Assembly (NCBI GenBank): GCA_004764695.1
Contig: SMSO01000037.1
Coordinates: forward strand, 4,316,747 to 4,380,746
Length of the DNA: 64,000 nt
Source: Schizochytrium sp. TIO01
Taxonomy: Eukaryota > Protista > Bigyra: Labyrinthulomycetes
Reading direction: 5' to 3'
Shown here: one piece after another, positions 1 to 13,302 of the stretch
Position numbering within the stretch: position 1 is the stretch's first letter
Layout: each line of letters begins with the position of its first letter
Translations under genes and position numbers: made by a program
The notes under the pieces: model-generated
Databases searched by the model: none
What the model was told of the DNA's origin: nothing
Seen by the model: only the letters and a program-made list of their open reading frames with translations

Positions 1-1448
1 TTGCAAATCCTACGCATCAGCAGATATTTTAACAAGACGCCATAGTTTGTATTTTTTAAACAGATGCTAGATTGTTATTCCAAAGGAAATCCCCGTTCTC
101 CGTTCTCCAGATAAAAAGAAGATGGCCTACAAAAGAAGTAGATTCTTCAAATACGAGTTATTGACATGAATTATGAATCATACTGTGGTCCTGTTAAACT
201 GGGCTCACCTATTAGCTGCACGTTCAGTGTAATATGCTATTACGGGGTTTTGCAACATTACAAAGGAATTTCCAATTATCAATTCTATCAAAGAAGAGAA
301 ATCTTTAGATTATGAAATAAAGCTGGAAAGCCTCCGCATGGTTTATGCAATCCTATCAACCTGTCCGACAAACTTCTTAGAGTGCAGTGAGCTAGACAGT
401 TCTAGAATATTCACAGACAGTCCTCATACGATTTTTTACTCACATCCAGAAGTGTTAATGGTGAACTCTTTACCTCTTTTGTAGATTAGGCATCAGAGAA
501 TTTAGCGTTAGGCAAAGTATGCGAAGCAATAAAATCTATTTTGCTATCATCATCTAAAGATATTGTGCTCAGAAGTAATAGGAGCATTGTATCGTAGCCA
601 CCAAAATGAAAACTTCGAAAATATGATAATATAATTTGGCAAGTGGAGTGGTTATATTTCTATCAATCAGGTGAGCTTTCAAGTAATCGACGATGCCAAA
701 AAACGAACAATCATAATGTACATGATGGTTAGAATGCATTTAATCACATATCGCTGCTGCATATCAAGTAGGAGATTGATCAACCATCTGGGGTCAGCCG
801 AGTGTGCTAAATTGCTCTAAGATTACCTACCCTGAAGTCTGACTGCAAAGTTTTGTGTCAGGTCTCTCTCTTGTATTAAACAATGTATATAGGTATCACT
901 ATTTAAAACTTCATTCTGGTAAAGTGATAGGATAAAACTTAAAATAGTATATATAACACCACACAATGATCTTTGTTTGATTAAAAGATAAATAACGTGT
1001 ACTAGTTACTCAATATCCCAGATACTAGTAGTACTTGTTTTCTAAAAGTATTACAGGTTGCTCAGTTTACTCATTAGCTTCTTAGGCTTTTTGAAGGAAC
1101 TTAATGTATGTATTCGAGTAAGGCGTAATAGGTACATAACTAATTCCTAATAAAGGAACTTTTAGTTAAAAGAAAGAGAAAAAGAAAAAAGATTTTATCC
1201 TGGTACGAATCTGCTCAGAAGGCAACCTAGTCGCAAATCATCAGCCAGCAATCAGGCACTCTATCCACCACAATTGCATGAGGTGTACTGGCCAGACAGA
1301 CTTTACATCCAGCGGCGAATCGTGTACGCATTTTTACTTGCTTTCCCCTGCCTCCGGCAAAATCCAGAAAACCACACACCGAAGCTAATCTTTAGTTAGA
1401 GCCTCTTGCTGGCAAACTCTCAAATCTTTCACGAGCGCTCGTATCACT

Positions 1449-2120
1449 ATGGACTGTCGCGAGGAAGCAGAAGAGCACGGCCACAGCCACAACAGTGGCC
1501 ATGGACATTCTCATGGAGGGCACGGGCATTCTCATGGCACTCCGGACGACCCCGAGGGCAACTCGCTCCTCAAATACATTGACACAGAGCATGTCACGTG
1601 CCTGAACGAGCAAGAGGAAGACTCAGGGAAAACTGTTCTGAAGCACATGAATGAGAAGCTCGATGATTCTCGCTTTGTTTTGAGTGAGGAAGATGATCCT
1701 GAATTGATCTTTTTTATCCCTTTTACAGTTGCTGTCAAGCTCAAGTCATTCTGTATCATTGGTGGTGCACATGGTGAGGCCCCAGCACGTGCTAAGCTTT
1801 TCGTTAACCGGGATGACGTTGACTTTGAGCTTGCACATGACCTAACTCCTGTTCAGGAATTTGAATTAACTGAAGACTTTAGTGGGGAGGTGGACTATGC
1901 GGTGAAGGCCGCTAAATTTTCTAACATCACCTCCTTAACTATCTTCATTCCAGAAAATCATGGTGCTGATTCAACTCGAGTAACCTTTATTGGTCTCAAA
2001 GGTGAGGGCACAACCGCGCGTCGTGGGGTCGTCGAATGCACCTATGAAGCTCGAGCACAGCTCAAGGATCATGAAAAAACAAGAGGAGATGTAAAGGATG
2101 CTCGTGGAGAACTTCTTTAA
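1449..2120 (+). CDS. PITHD1: PITH domain-containing protein (PITHD1-like) with His-rich N-terminus
   Basis: ATG-started 223-aa ORF. PITH motifs CLNE, SEEDDPELIFFIPFT, KLFVNRDDVDF, KFSNITSLTIF, TRVTFIGLKGE, YEARAQLKDH. N-terminal GHSH repeats as in PITHD1. Confidence 0.9.
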   Translation: MDCREEAEEHGHSHNSGHGHSHGGHGHSHGTPDDPEGNSLLKYIDTEHVTCLNEQEEDSGKTVLKHMNEKLDDSRFVLSEEDDPELIFFIPFTVAVKLKSFCIIGGAHGEAPARAKLFVNRDDVDFELAHDLTPVQEFELTEDFSGEVDYAVKAAKFSNITSLTIFIPENHGADSTRVTFIGLKGEGTTARRGVVECTYEARAQLKDHEKTRGDVKDARGELL

Positions 2121-3279
2121 TAGATAATTACTGCTCCCTCATACTCAAGAAGTAGCTGTCCAAATTAATAAAGATAGCCTTTATAAAGCAAGATACCTCA
2201 TCAATATTTTTGGCTGCATGGCAAAAATGTACGAGCATCATATTTGTGCACTTTATTGAAAGTAAAATCTTTAACACCTTCCCTTGTGTATTATCTTCCT
2301 TTAGTATATTGTTTGAATTGATAATGACGTCGATTCCTCCACTCCGTTTTCTCCATTTGCTTCTCAGGTCCAAAATATCTTGAGACAAGGAAGAGCCTCA
2401 TACAAGGCCATTGCTGAAATTTTCTTACACTTCAATAGATAAAAATGATTTCCAATCTGATAGATCCCAATCTTATTTGTCAAAGATTTGCAGTGCGAGT
2501 GCTGTAAATGCGTTATAGAACTGGTTATGTCAGAGACGGCACGGTAGGAAGGGAGTGAAATATCTCATAATAATGAGTTCTTTTTTGTAATGTTCAGACT
2601 CAACATCATTTTTCAAATATGTAAGAAACTTTTTTTTTGCTTAGGAAGCGCAGATATGTAATTTGTGTTGGGGGGAAGGTAACGACAGCCCTCTTTGGGA
2701 ACTGTCAAGTTGTTTTTCATTTCATGTAGTATAAGTGCGGCGCCACGAGCCTGTTGTTTGTGCAACAGGCCCGAATGGATTCGGGAAAATATGAACGCCA
2801 GGGATTATTGCTTATGCAACCTGGCCCACTGTACACGTTTGGTGCATCAACATTAAGATCTGGTTGTACATATGGCGAAAATAGACAGCATCTCGTATGA
2901 AGCAGAGCGAACCATGACCTGCGGGAATAGCAACTCAATCTTTTTGACTGCGAGTTAGCGACACAGATATCCAGCAATTGGTAAATCTTAAAATGGTTGC
3001 ACAATGCGAGTGTGACGTGGCACACGATCCTCTGTGCAATTAGGTTGCCTGTCTTGTAATGAGAAGCCTATATTCTCGTAGCTGAAGCGAGTATTCGCAC
3101 TCAAGGAGGGTTAAAAGTCCGCTTCAGTGGTGTATAAACAACCCTTGGCCCACGAAGCCCTTCATCTAGGAAGCTAACACCAGCGTCCATCCTGGTGGTC
3201 GGCATACATGGGGCCAGTGCCAGATGCAGCAGCGCTCGCGCCAGCGCCTGATCCACGAGCAGAGCCAGTCATGTCAGCA

Positions 3280-4332
3280 TTAGTCGAACGAACCAGTTGG
3301 CTGATAGCTTTGTGCATTAGTTCGGGGTTGTTCAAATGCTGCAGGGGCACGCTGCTGATGCTGGTGCTGGAAACCGAATCCAGTACCTGGCTGAGGATTG
3401 CCTGCACGGTGATTGCCGCGAGCTTGCAGGTGTTGATATTGTTCGCGAGGGTCAGTTCGACGAACGACATCAAAATAAGGATGTTCAAGAGCCTCCTTAG
3501 CTGTAATGCGACGACTTGGGTCATATTGAAGCATCCTCTGCAAAAGGTTTCGGCCCAAGGGGTCTACGACCCCATGCGCCCACTTTGCAATATCTCGCGC
3601 ACGCCATTTCGGAAAGATGGGCTGGTAATCTGGAAGAGATGTAACCCCAGGCCAGACAGAGTCATCCGGGGTACCCAAAGTACGGAAAATACGAAAAAGT
3701 TCATCGATCTCCGAATCTCCTGGGAAAAGAGCGTCACGGTTCGCCATTTCCGCAAAAATGACACCAACGCTCCAAATATCCACAGGAGTGGAGTAGTGGC
3801 GTGAATTGAGAAGAATTTCGGGAGCGCGGTACCAAAGCGTAACAACTTCGTGCGTGTACATACGAATTGGAATACCAAATGCCCGGGCCAAGCCAAAATC
3901 AGCTATCTTCAACTTGCCAGTTCGATCAATAAGCAAGTTTTGGGGCTTCAGATCGCGATGCAGAACACGGTGTGAGTGGCAGAAAGCGATACCTAGCAGC
4001 AGCTGGTATAAGTAGGACTTCACAAGGTCCGGGCTAAGACCTTCAGGACCGCACGTATCCATATACTTTTTGAGATCCTGGTCCAGGAATTCAAAAACTA
4101 GATAAAGCTTACTTTCGAAGTGAATCACGTCACGAAGCATAACGATGTTCTCGTGGGAAAGTTCCTTAAGTAGGCTAATCTCACGGATTGCAGTGCTAGG
4201 CACTCCCTCATCTTGCCCTTCAAGGGTAATCTTTTTGAGTGCATAGAAAGAACCATTCAGCCGGTCCCGCGCTTTGTAGACAATTCCATAGGTTCCCTCG
4301 CCAATCTTCTCCACTCTTTGGTATCGATCCAT
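3280..4332 (-). CDS. CDK1: Cyclin-dependent kinase 1/2 (cdc2/CDKA) with Q-rich C-terminal tail
   Basis: GEGTYG (T14/Y15), [62 protein letters not shown]. The true C-terminus may extend to 3174 (see findings). Confidence 0.97.
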   Translation of the reverse strand: MDRYQRVEKIGEGTYGIVYKARDRLNGSFYALKKITLEGQDEGVPSTAIREISLLKELSHENIVMLRDVIHFESKLYLVFEFLDQDLKKYMDTCGPEGLSPDLVKSYLYQLLLGIAFCHSHRVLHRDLKPQNLLIDRTGKLKIADFGLARAFGIPIRMYTHEVVTLWYRAPEILLNSRHYSTPVDIWSVGVIFAEMANRDALFPGDSEIDELFRIFRTLGTPDDSVWPGVTSLPDYQPIFPKWRARDIAKWAHGVVDPLGRNLLQRMLQYDPSRRITAKEALEHPYFDVVRRTDPREQYQHLQARGNHRAGNPQPGTGFGFQHQHQQRAPAAFEQPRTNAQSYQPTGSFD

Positions 4333-6184
4333 TGTAAAGGTATATAGGAATGAAGCCGGGAAATCTCAGCAATGTCTCAATTTCTTATGGCCGAAGAAGA
4401 ATATTGAATATGCTCCTATTAAAGCTTCTGCGATTGGTCAGCCACCAAGATTAAGTGCTTGCCTAGTTTCTAGGATTGGCTTGGTTTGCCATATATTTCC
4501 TTCGTGAAATAAATGGAGTTGAAAAAAGAAGCCAATGACCTTACGTAAGACAAAGTGTTGATTCAAGAATCAGATTTCGTTGTTTTGATATGTATAATGC
4601 TTACGTTTTCAACGTTGTGCCTTGGTGTTGATATTTCTATACACCCCAAATGTTCTGCTAATATTGAAATCTTTGTGTGAGAGCGTTCTTGAACCACGAA
4701 TGCTGTCAGTTGGGATCTTACTCTGTCTTTCTGCTCCGAACGATTTGCCTCAGAAAGCCTGTGAATCAAAAAGCTTGCTTTTTCGCACGTCGATAAGCTA
4801 AAGAGGGCCTGCAAACAAAGATGACGAGTAAGAGCGCAATGTCTCTGCCTCTGCTTTCTCTGGTGCTTGTGCTAGTCTCGTTACTGATTTAGAAATATAA
4901 TTCTTCTGTCTCTTTGGGGAAGGAATTAGCAGAAGAAGACTTGTAATATGGAGCTGACAATGGCGATAAAGAAGTCAAGAAGAAACAATCCACAAACTTC
5001 GTGCAAAAAAGGGTTGGGTTGAGTTGAGATAGGATGAGTAGATAGATGCTAGACAGTTAATCGATACAGATCGACGTGTTCTGTCAATCAAATAAACAAC
5101 CAAACAGTCTATCAATCAATCAATCACTCGAATACAGAGTAGGCAACTGACGGCGCTCTTGGCGACTCGGTTGGTCCAACCAGCCGAAACGCAAGAGAAC
5201 GCGCCGAAAGTGTTTTTGATGAGTGTAGGGGGATTTTGTTCTTGCTGTGCTCTACAACCTTCCAGCTCTTCTCTTACCCCGCGCTCTCGGCCCCTTGGCC
5301 GCACGTTTGAACTCTGTCTTGGTCTTGACCTTTCCTCCTCCTCCCCCTCCTCCTTCTATCCTCCTCACTCTTACTAACCAAACAGCTACTAGGCTAGCTA
5401 AGCAACTAACTAGTCAGCTAAACTACTACTAGACACAGTGGTAGTCGAAAGCTAAGTAGATAGTATAGATGCATACAGCTAGGTAGGTATTAGGGTACCT
5501 AGTGTATTTGTTCAACATAGAGAGGCCAAGTACCCAATGGTGCTGATTAGGTGCTTATTCATCTTATTCGATTATAAGAATAGCCTGGGTTGGTGATCAC
5601 TTCATATTTGTCCTTGCATGTTCAGGTTAGGAGGTGCAGCATACCAACCTTGGTTTCTTGAAGCTGCTTAGTACTACAATGATTGATTACTCTCGCCAAG
5701 TTGTTTAATTATTATTATTATTATTACATGACTTGGATACTACTACTAGAGAGAAGTAGCAGATATTTTTATGAAAGAAAAGAAAAGAAAAAAGGGAGGG
5801 GTTTGTTAGGAGTTTCCTCTGAAAGTTCGCTCAGCCCAACAAGTTTCTACCTAAGTAAAGGGGTCAAAAGGAGTACGTCTGACTTGCAAGAGTGCCAAGT
5901 AAAATGCCTTTTAGAAATGCCTGAGTAAACTCAAATCAGTGAGAATGGGTTTGCTAGCTTTAGTCTCTCGCTCATTCCGGTTTTCCCGTCATGATTATCT
6001 TCGGGTCTTCATCTTTCTATTTATTAAATAATAACAACAATAAATTTAAAACAAAAAATAAGCATAACCAGGAGAAGCTCATTTATTGGGCTGTTCACTG
6101 AGTGTAAGACTTGGAAAAGAAGATAAAACTCCAAATCACATAATTAAGTTGGTGCGTAGCTACGTAGTAGTCTCTATTATTACC

Positions 6185-6252
6185 TACTACTCAGAGGTAG
6201 CTCCTTCAAATATTGAAGTTTGTTGGAAAACTCACAAAAAAGCAATCACTCG
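6185..6252 (-). repeat. Dispersed two-box element, degenerate copy
   Basis: Minus strand reads CGAGTGATTGCTTT...TACCTCTGAGTAGT, with 55 nt from box A start to box B CCTC. Confidence 0.55.
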
Positions 6253-8122
6253 TTACGATTGGTAGTCTACTAAAATAAATCTCTTGGCATGAACTCCATG
6301 CTTAACTACTTGAAAGTTATAAAAATCATTTGTTTCAAAGTAAAAAAAGGGACTAGTACTTTGGTAAATAAGTGAATAATACTAAGGCTATTTTAGTTTT
6401 AGTCTTTTGTCCATACAAGATTGACCCATTTTACCATTTATTTTAAAGTAGAAAAAGTAAGAAAAGAATACTAGCTATGATGCAGAGATTCTAGATAGTA
6501 ATTCGTGGGCAAGATACTCACAGCTTCAGAGAACACTCGTGACATTTTCAACGAATTAGAAAGTTCACACAGCATTTTTTTAAAATATTCGATTCTAAAT
6601 GCTCGCCAATTTGTCCATTGGATAAAAGACTCTGAAAATTTAATGGCATATAATCTTTCCTAAACACTCCCATATAATATCTCCAACCAAACTAATATAT
6701 TATCTTTCTCTCGTCTAGATGCTCACAGGCCTCGCTGTCTAGTTATCTTAGACGCTCTACAAGTCGATTAGTTTGCGAACTTGTAAAACACACGGAAGTT
6801 GGGTGGCCACAAAGATTTTGACGTGAAGATATTGCTCCTCTTAAATTTAGACTTATGGTAAATCAATGATGATTTGGGTGAATTGAATAGGAAAATCTTT
6901 GACCAAGATCGATCTCAGATTTCAAAATACATCCCAACAATTGGAAAACAAAAAATGAATGAAATAATAACCCCTTCCCCACACCCAAAAAAGCAACAGC
7001 GTGATAAGTTATAAAATGAAATGATGAAAATGCACAAATTTGTCTTTGTTTTAAAGGCAAAGGTGCTTTCCTACCATTTATATAGCATGGCGTGACTTCA
7101 TGAGTAAACTCCTTATAGAACGGTATATGCTTATTTGTTTCTATAGCAATTGTGTAAATTGCATGATACTCTGAATGAAACCTTTATCCATCACAGTAGT
7201 AGCAGATATGGTTGGCCAAAAGACATTATTCGTGTGAAATCGTGTTTCATGGCATCGAAAAATCTAGGTGGGTCTTCAAAATTTATCATTCAAAACATCG
7301 TTGTTCATTGTTTTACTCCAAGTCTACTACCTCCACTGCGCAAGTAGTTTTTTACGATTGGAAAAATTAAAATAATAAAGGACAAGACTCTGGAGAGGTA
7401 TTGCTATAAATATTAGTGCAAGTAGAAGGGTAGAGCAAATACTAACGAATTTTTATAAACAAAATAAAAACAACTAAAGACAGTAGCGTAGAGAAGCCCC
7501 GTGAGGCAGCAAAGAAGCAAAACGTCCAGAGCGTTAGCTTAACGTGCGCGTTGACATAAGTCTTGTGCGTAGACTCGCTTCTAACTCTTTGTCTCTCTAC
7601 ATAAGAGGGAATAAAGGCTTTCTCTTCCGCTCTTTGCTTCAGCAGAGCACAAGGAAATCCAACCATCCGTCAACGTTGGAAACTCACCGAAAGTTGCCCC
7701 TTAGAATATAAACCTGTTCGCCAAAGCAAAGCTTTGCAACAACAAAGAAGCTTGGTAGGTCTATAGGCTTCACTCTTCAGTCGTTGGTTATTCTCTTGTG
7801 ACTCGCTTTTATCCTGCAAGGCATATTTCATTCTACAAACGTTGCTAGCATAGCTAGTATCTCCTCGTTTGTTGTCTCGTACAATAACGCGATAGAGCAT
7901 TATTGGGATATTCCACTGCCTATAGTAGTCCTCAAATGAAAGATAGCCTGCCAGCATACTCGTGAACTGTTATTTGCTATCTTGTCACAGGCCACTACAA
8001 AAGCAACCATCTATAAGCTGTTTATCTTGCACTGTTTTTTTGAACTTATTATCCCAGCAACAGGATTTAATATCTGGGAATTGTTTTCAGAAATCCATCT
8101 CATCAAATCAGTCGAAAACTAG

Positions 8123-9009
8123 ATGTCCTGTGAAAACGACAAGCAACAAGTCAATCCAAATATTCAGACTTCGAGTATTCCCAGTGGCGAAAGCAACCCC
8201 ATGACTGACATGGCGAAACAGGGGGATTCATGTTTAACACCCGCAATTGCTGACACGCCTTCTAGAAAAATTGAAAACGGACAGATATTAAACCCAACTG
8301 TCTCGACTGTATCCGAATCAGTGAAAGAACTCGCTCAGATTAAAGCGCAAGATTTGCAACACCATAGTAACGGAACGGAAATCTTAATGAGTGAGCAACT
8401 AGAGCTTTCTAAATCCGAGGGAGGAAAGCCATCGTCTAATTCAGTCGTGACGAAGGAGATAACCGCTATTGTTCAACCAGCGTCCTCAGAGGACACACCT
8501 TCTAGCTTTTCAGTCGCAGATTCGACAGCAAATGCCAAAGAGACCGGTACTGGTGAAGTGACCAAATCCACTCACTTGGATAGCGTCCAGACCCACACGA
8601 ACACATCATCGACAGTATTATCAGCGCCACAGTCGGAAAAAGATCAACCGAATGAAATAGACACGAAACCTACCAAGGAAAGTCGTTCTCTTGAAGTCTG
8701 TGAGCAATCAAGTCTAGATCTAAGCCAACAACCATCTAAGGCTAAAATTGAAGAAGATAAAGCCGAGGCTAAATTAGATCCTATGAATATTGAAATAAGG
8801 GCAGCAAAAGTACAAACTACAAACACCAACAGTTTAAGTAAGTCTCCTCCGCCAGCTACACCGAATGTGCTTAACATCGAATCCATGGGAGAGGACGGAA
8901 AACAGACTGAAACTAAACATCCTGATGACGCTGGTATGGATCTTGTGGCCACATATCTTCGTCAGCTCCAAGGTTCAACAACAGAACTCTCCGCCCATCT
9001 GTTGCTACA

Positions 9010-9040
<31 letters not shown>

Positions 9041-9091
9041 CAACAACAACATCAACCGCCATCGCAACCGCCATCGCAATCGCAATCGCCA

Positions 9092-9127
<36 letters not shown>

Positions 9128-11935
9128 CCACACCCGCAATCGCAGTCGCAATCACAATCACAAGTACAACAACAAAGCCAGAAGCAAAGTGAGCCTTCCC
9201 AGACAATCTGTACAAGTACCATCGCAACAAATATAGCTTCCACCCCTCCAGTTCTTCAAATTCACCCTTCAAAAAATTCAGCATCCCAGACGCTCTCTTC
9301 TTCAGGCCTTCGACCGTCTTCTGCCACCATAAAAGCTGGTGTTGATCAGAATAAAATCAATATCCTGAAAAAGCTACGAGCTGAAGCTGCCGAATCAGTA
9401 CGGGGGTTTCAGGAACTCATCCAAATTGCATCATCACAAGGTAGTGGAATGGCATCTGTGATTTCGAATAGTACAACTGTTCCTTCTGATAAAAATAGCA
9501 GAAATCATCATGCTCCGCTTTCAATTGCTACCAACAAGTCGCGTATACTTTCAGTACAACCAATCGTGAGGCCAATGACGCAGATGGTTTCACCGACAGC
9601 TGCGCCACAGACTATGATTCCTCTATCCTCAATTCAAGTACCCTCAATGCTCCCTCCAAACCTAGGAGGCCCATATCAATTTGCATCCAATATCCCCGGA
9701 ATGTCTTCCATGCCAAGGAAGTATCCGGCAACACAAAAACCACCAAATAAGAAACTGCATGGCGCCTATTCATCATCCATGACCCCAAGTCAGGTTGCTT
9801 CCTCCTCCTCCTCCTCATCATCATCATCATCCTCATCAAGATCATTTCATACGTCGAACCAGGTCTTCCTGTCAGGTGCATCTTTAAAGAGGAAACTAGA
9901 ATCTGGACAAGGCAAACCTCTGCGCCGGAAAGAGCCTCGCCTTGTTCAAAAACGCGTGATGGTAAGTAAAGACTCTTGGCGCCGCTCACGTTGCTCGCAT
10001 GCAGGGTGCGAACGTATAGACCGTGGTCAGGGAGTCTGCTCATTTCATGGAGGGGGGTTGCGGTGCGAAGACCCAGGATGTAACAAGTTGGCCCGTGCTC
10101 GTCTCAAGTGTTTCGAGCACATGTCCGAGGATGCTCGAAAGCTTTGCCAAACAACTCGTGAATGGTTGATTAAGCCAGTATCACTAGAAAAAGTGCAATC
10201 TAGTGTTGAAGTTGTATCTCATGCTGCGACTAGATTTCCTTCATCTGGCTGTCCTCAATCCACCACTACTTACTCCAAGGCTCCAAATACTGCAACTCCA
10301 GCTACTTCTGCGAAGGTCCCTGTAGACCCTGTAAGCATGAGTGCTACTCCCGTTGCTGCCCCGACTCTACCTGTACCTAATGTTGTAGCTAACGAAGCTC
10401 TTCCCACAGTTAGTAAAGCTCATGCTACAGCTGATCTCGCTACTCCTGTAAATAGCTTGACGACCTCTGCGACCGCTTCACCTATTGTCGGTAGCAGCCC
10501 TTCACGTATTAAGTCCGATGCAGAATCAACAGGTTATTCTGGTTCAAACGTTTCCATTTCTACATCAAAATCTGACGGACCAATGGGAGTAGACGAAGCT
10601 CAATCATGTAGCGCATCGAAATCTTCTTCTAGTGTTCCTTCTAATACTGGCGCGGTTGCTTGTACTGACGTTGCAGTCATACCCAACAACTCAGTTTCGA
10701 CATCTCACGTCAGCCAGAATATTTCTAGAATTCCAATGAGCTCTCTCGATACCTCTGCTGAAGCATCCTCTTTTCCTATGCAAAGCCTTGATGTGGTGCT
10801 CGCACAGAAGCAACTACCCTCCAAACAACTTGCCTTAGGGAAAGGTAAGCCAATTCCTCTGTCAGCAGGCACTGTTTCAAAACACCAAGTAAATACAGAT
10901 AAAACTGTCAGGACTTCAACGGAATCCACTAATTCTAAAGAAACTGTGGAAAAAGGCAACAAGGGCTATAGTACTCATGAACCTGAGTCCCAACAACCTT
11001 CGCAACACGAAGCTCAAAATCAAGAGGATGAAAATAATCACTTGTCATACTTTGCACCTCTCGCTTCTCGTAATTTGCGGGACAATGGGAATGAAGGTGG
11101 GTCATTTCAAGGTAAAGCATTATCAATGTCTTTTTCACAATTGCTTGCAACTTCTCGCCAGAACTCAGTGTTTCAAAGGTCTGAACCAGGATCTAAACCT
11201 CAGGCAGAGTCGATGGATTTAGATGATGAATATGCATTCGGTGCTGGCCGTGCTATTCCAGATGTGGAAGCGAAGCGTCGTGATGTCAGTAGCTTAGTTA
11301 TGGTTTACAAGCGAGTCATTGGAAAGGGCTTTCAACGAGGAATGGATGTGGACCACGTCAAAGTACCAGAGGAAGATCCTGGCGCTGGAGTTGATGAGGA
11401 CTTGCAATGTCTACCAGTCGGTTGGGTGAAGCACCAAACCTCTGCTAAATCGAAAAAGAAAATTATGGCGCCTAATGGGGTAAAGTTTAATAGCTTAGTG
11501 GAGGTTCTTCGTCGTATGATGCCAACTAAAATTGGTTTTCGACACTACATGCCTCTTCAAGACTACTATTGGATGTTCAGAGAACTATTGACTACGGCAG
11601 AGCAACGCAGTTGGGTAGAGAACATTCGTAATGAGAATCGAAAGTTTCCACTCTCAATACGGATCACTGATTACAAGCAGTTGAAGAAGTCTCTCGGGCT
11701 TAATGCCTGCCGTATCAAGGTCACTACAACCACTTATGTTGTTATTGCTTTGCCAGTTGTGATAACGTATTCCTACGAGGATGAGTGTGCCGAATTTCAT
11801 TTTGAGTCAAAACTCACCTCCTTTGATAAGCTTCCTAAAGAACTTGTGAAATTGCTGCCAGCTAGCACAGGTATACCAACTATTATGCCTGACTCACCCT
11901 CGGCACAACCAAACAAAAAGGCCAAACAAGAGTAA
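8123..11935 (+). CDS. Large low-complexity nuclear protein with polyQ, two C-x4-C-x9-C-x2-H zinc-finger repeats (WRKY19-type) and a putative MBD-like domain
   Basis: 1270-aa ATG ORF. CSHAGCERIDRGQGVCSFHGGG and CEDPGCNKLARARLKCFEH at ~9990-10120; LPVGWVK...APNGVKFNSLVEV at ~11410-11520; basic NLS-like LKRK and PNKKAK. Confidence 0.8.
9008..9130 (+). repeat. Coding (CAG/CAA)n polyglutamine tracts
   Basis: Two CAG/CAA runs encoding polyQ inside the 8123-11935 ORF. Confidence 0.95.
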
Positions 11936-13227
11936 ATATATGGAGTTCATGTGCATGAATTTAGAAAATGGAAACAGCCTTGGCCAACAAGCTTTATATT
12001 ATTAGAAATTGTGAGTCGCGCGAAAATGCAAAACTTGTTAAAATTGTGAAGAAATGCGCTAAACATATCTAAAGTGTTTCTAGAATTCATCATTTCTTCA
12101 TGCTGAAGGTCATTCTTGCTGCTTTGGGGAAATGATCTGCAAGACTATTCAATACAAGAAAATGCAACAAACTCACTCTCTTAGGCAGGCACTGAGAACA
12201 TCCATTCACCAAAATCAAAATATCACGAAGAGAACCAAGGGCCTTATGGCGATCAAACTAGTTTGTACTTTAATAACTCAACTCCTGTGAAAGACTGTCT
12301 GCTTCCAATCTTTGCCAGACTAGTAGCTACCTCTGAGTCCTGCCGGTGGTAGTCAGTGCAGATCCGATTCTGGGGCATTTGCATACTTGAGATTTCCTAA
12401 TTGTAGGTACGAGCAAAACTCCCGGATCAGAATGATGTTTTGACTAAATATTTTACAGGTACAAAAAGACTGTTTCAATTAATTAAAAAAAATAATCGCA
12501 CCTCACTGGTGGGAGTATCCAGCATAAAAAATACAGCGTTCCATCCTACCTACCTACTAAACTCTGCATTTGAGTGTACCTTCTAATTTTAGAGCCGTGC
12601 ATAATAGCAGAAGAAATTGCTTGCTGTCTGCAGCCAAAGGTGGCAAACTAGATTACTTGAAAAAAAAAGAAAAAAAAGAGGAGAAAACGACAAGAATCTA
12701 ATTCATTATCATCAACTCGTACTACTAGTCTGGTAGGTAGCAGAATATCAACTTGAAGGACTGACTCTCCATCTTGTGGGTTCGTTAAAAAAAAGAAAGA
12801 AAGAAAACTAACTAGCAAAATGAGGAGCAGCATAGACCTACCCTTCGAATCAGAGACTAGTCATGACTGATTGTTTTTATAAATTAATATCCAACTTATT
12901 CTTAAGAGTATCGATCTTGACTTATACCGACTGATATGAAGAGCAGGCTTATTCAAACTTATTCATGAGATAAAGGCAATTCATGAAGGGCAGCAAGACG
13001 AGGTACAAGGTCGAGCAACTCTTGTGTTTAAGTGACTAATTCGTGGAAGACTCGCGAGTAGAACGGATTCTGTGGTGCCTTGCTTGATTGCAATGCGACA
13101 AGGTTTTTAGAACTAAAATAAAGTAGGAGGTAGGTCCCTATCAATAACTAGGTGGTAGAAGAGTGGGTATGTAGGCCATCGGGACTGGTTTATGGTGATG
13201 TCTTAGTTTGTGATGCATCATATTTAT

Positions 13228-13302
13228 CCACTCTCACTAGTCGGAGGTACGAGTTAAAATGTTTAACTTGGGTAAAAAGCTTATAATATAAACAATCACT
13301 CA
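13228..13302 (-). repeat. Dispersed two-box element copy
   Basis: Minus strand reads TGAGTGATTGTTT...ACCCAAGTTAAA...TTTAACTC.TACCTCCGACTAGTGAGAGTGG. Confidence 0.75.

Noticed and set aside
173-484. Stretch of about 100 codons with one internal stop near the window start
   Set aside because: No recognisable homology; cannot be distinguished from chance.
1470-1545. His-rich GHSH repeats as a novel metal-binding module
   Set aside because: A His/Gly-rich N-terminus is a normal PITHD1 feature.
3208-3804. 198-aa antisense ORF over CDK1
   Set aside because: Shadow of the coding strand; no recognisable motifs.
8865-9284. Poly-Ser/Asn, poly-Ala/Val and poly-Cys ORFs
   Set aside because: Alternative-frame readings of the CAG/CAA repeat.
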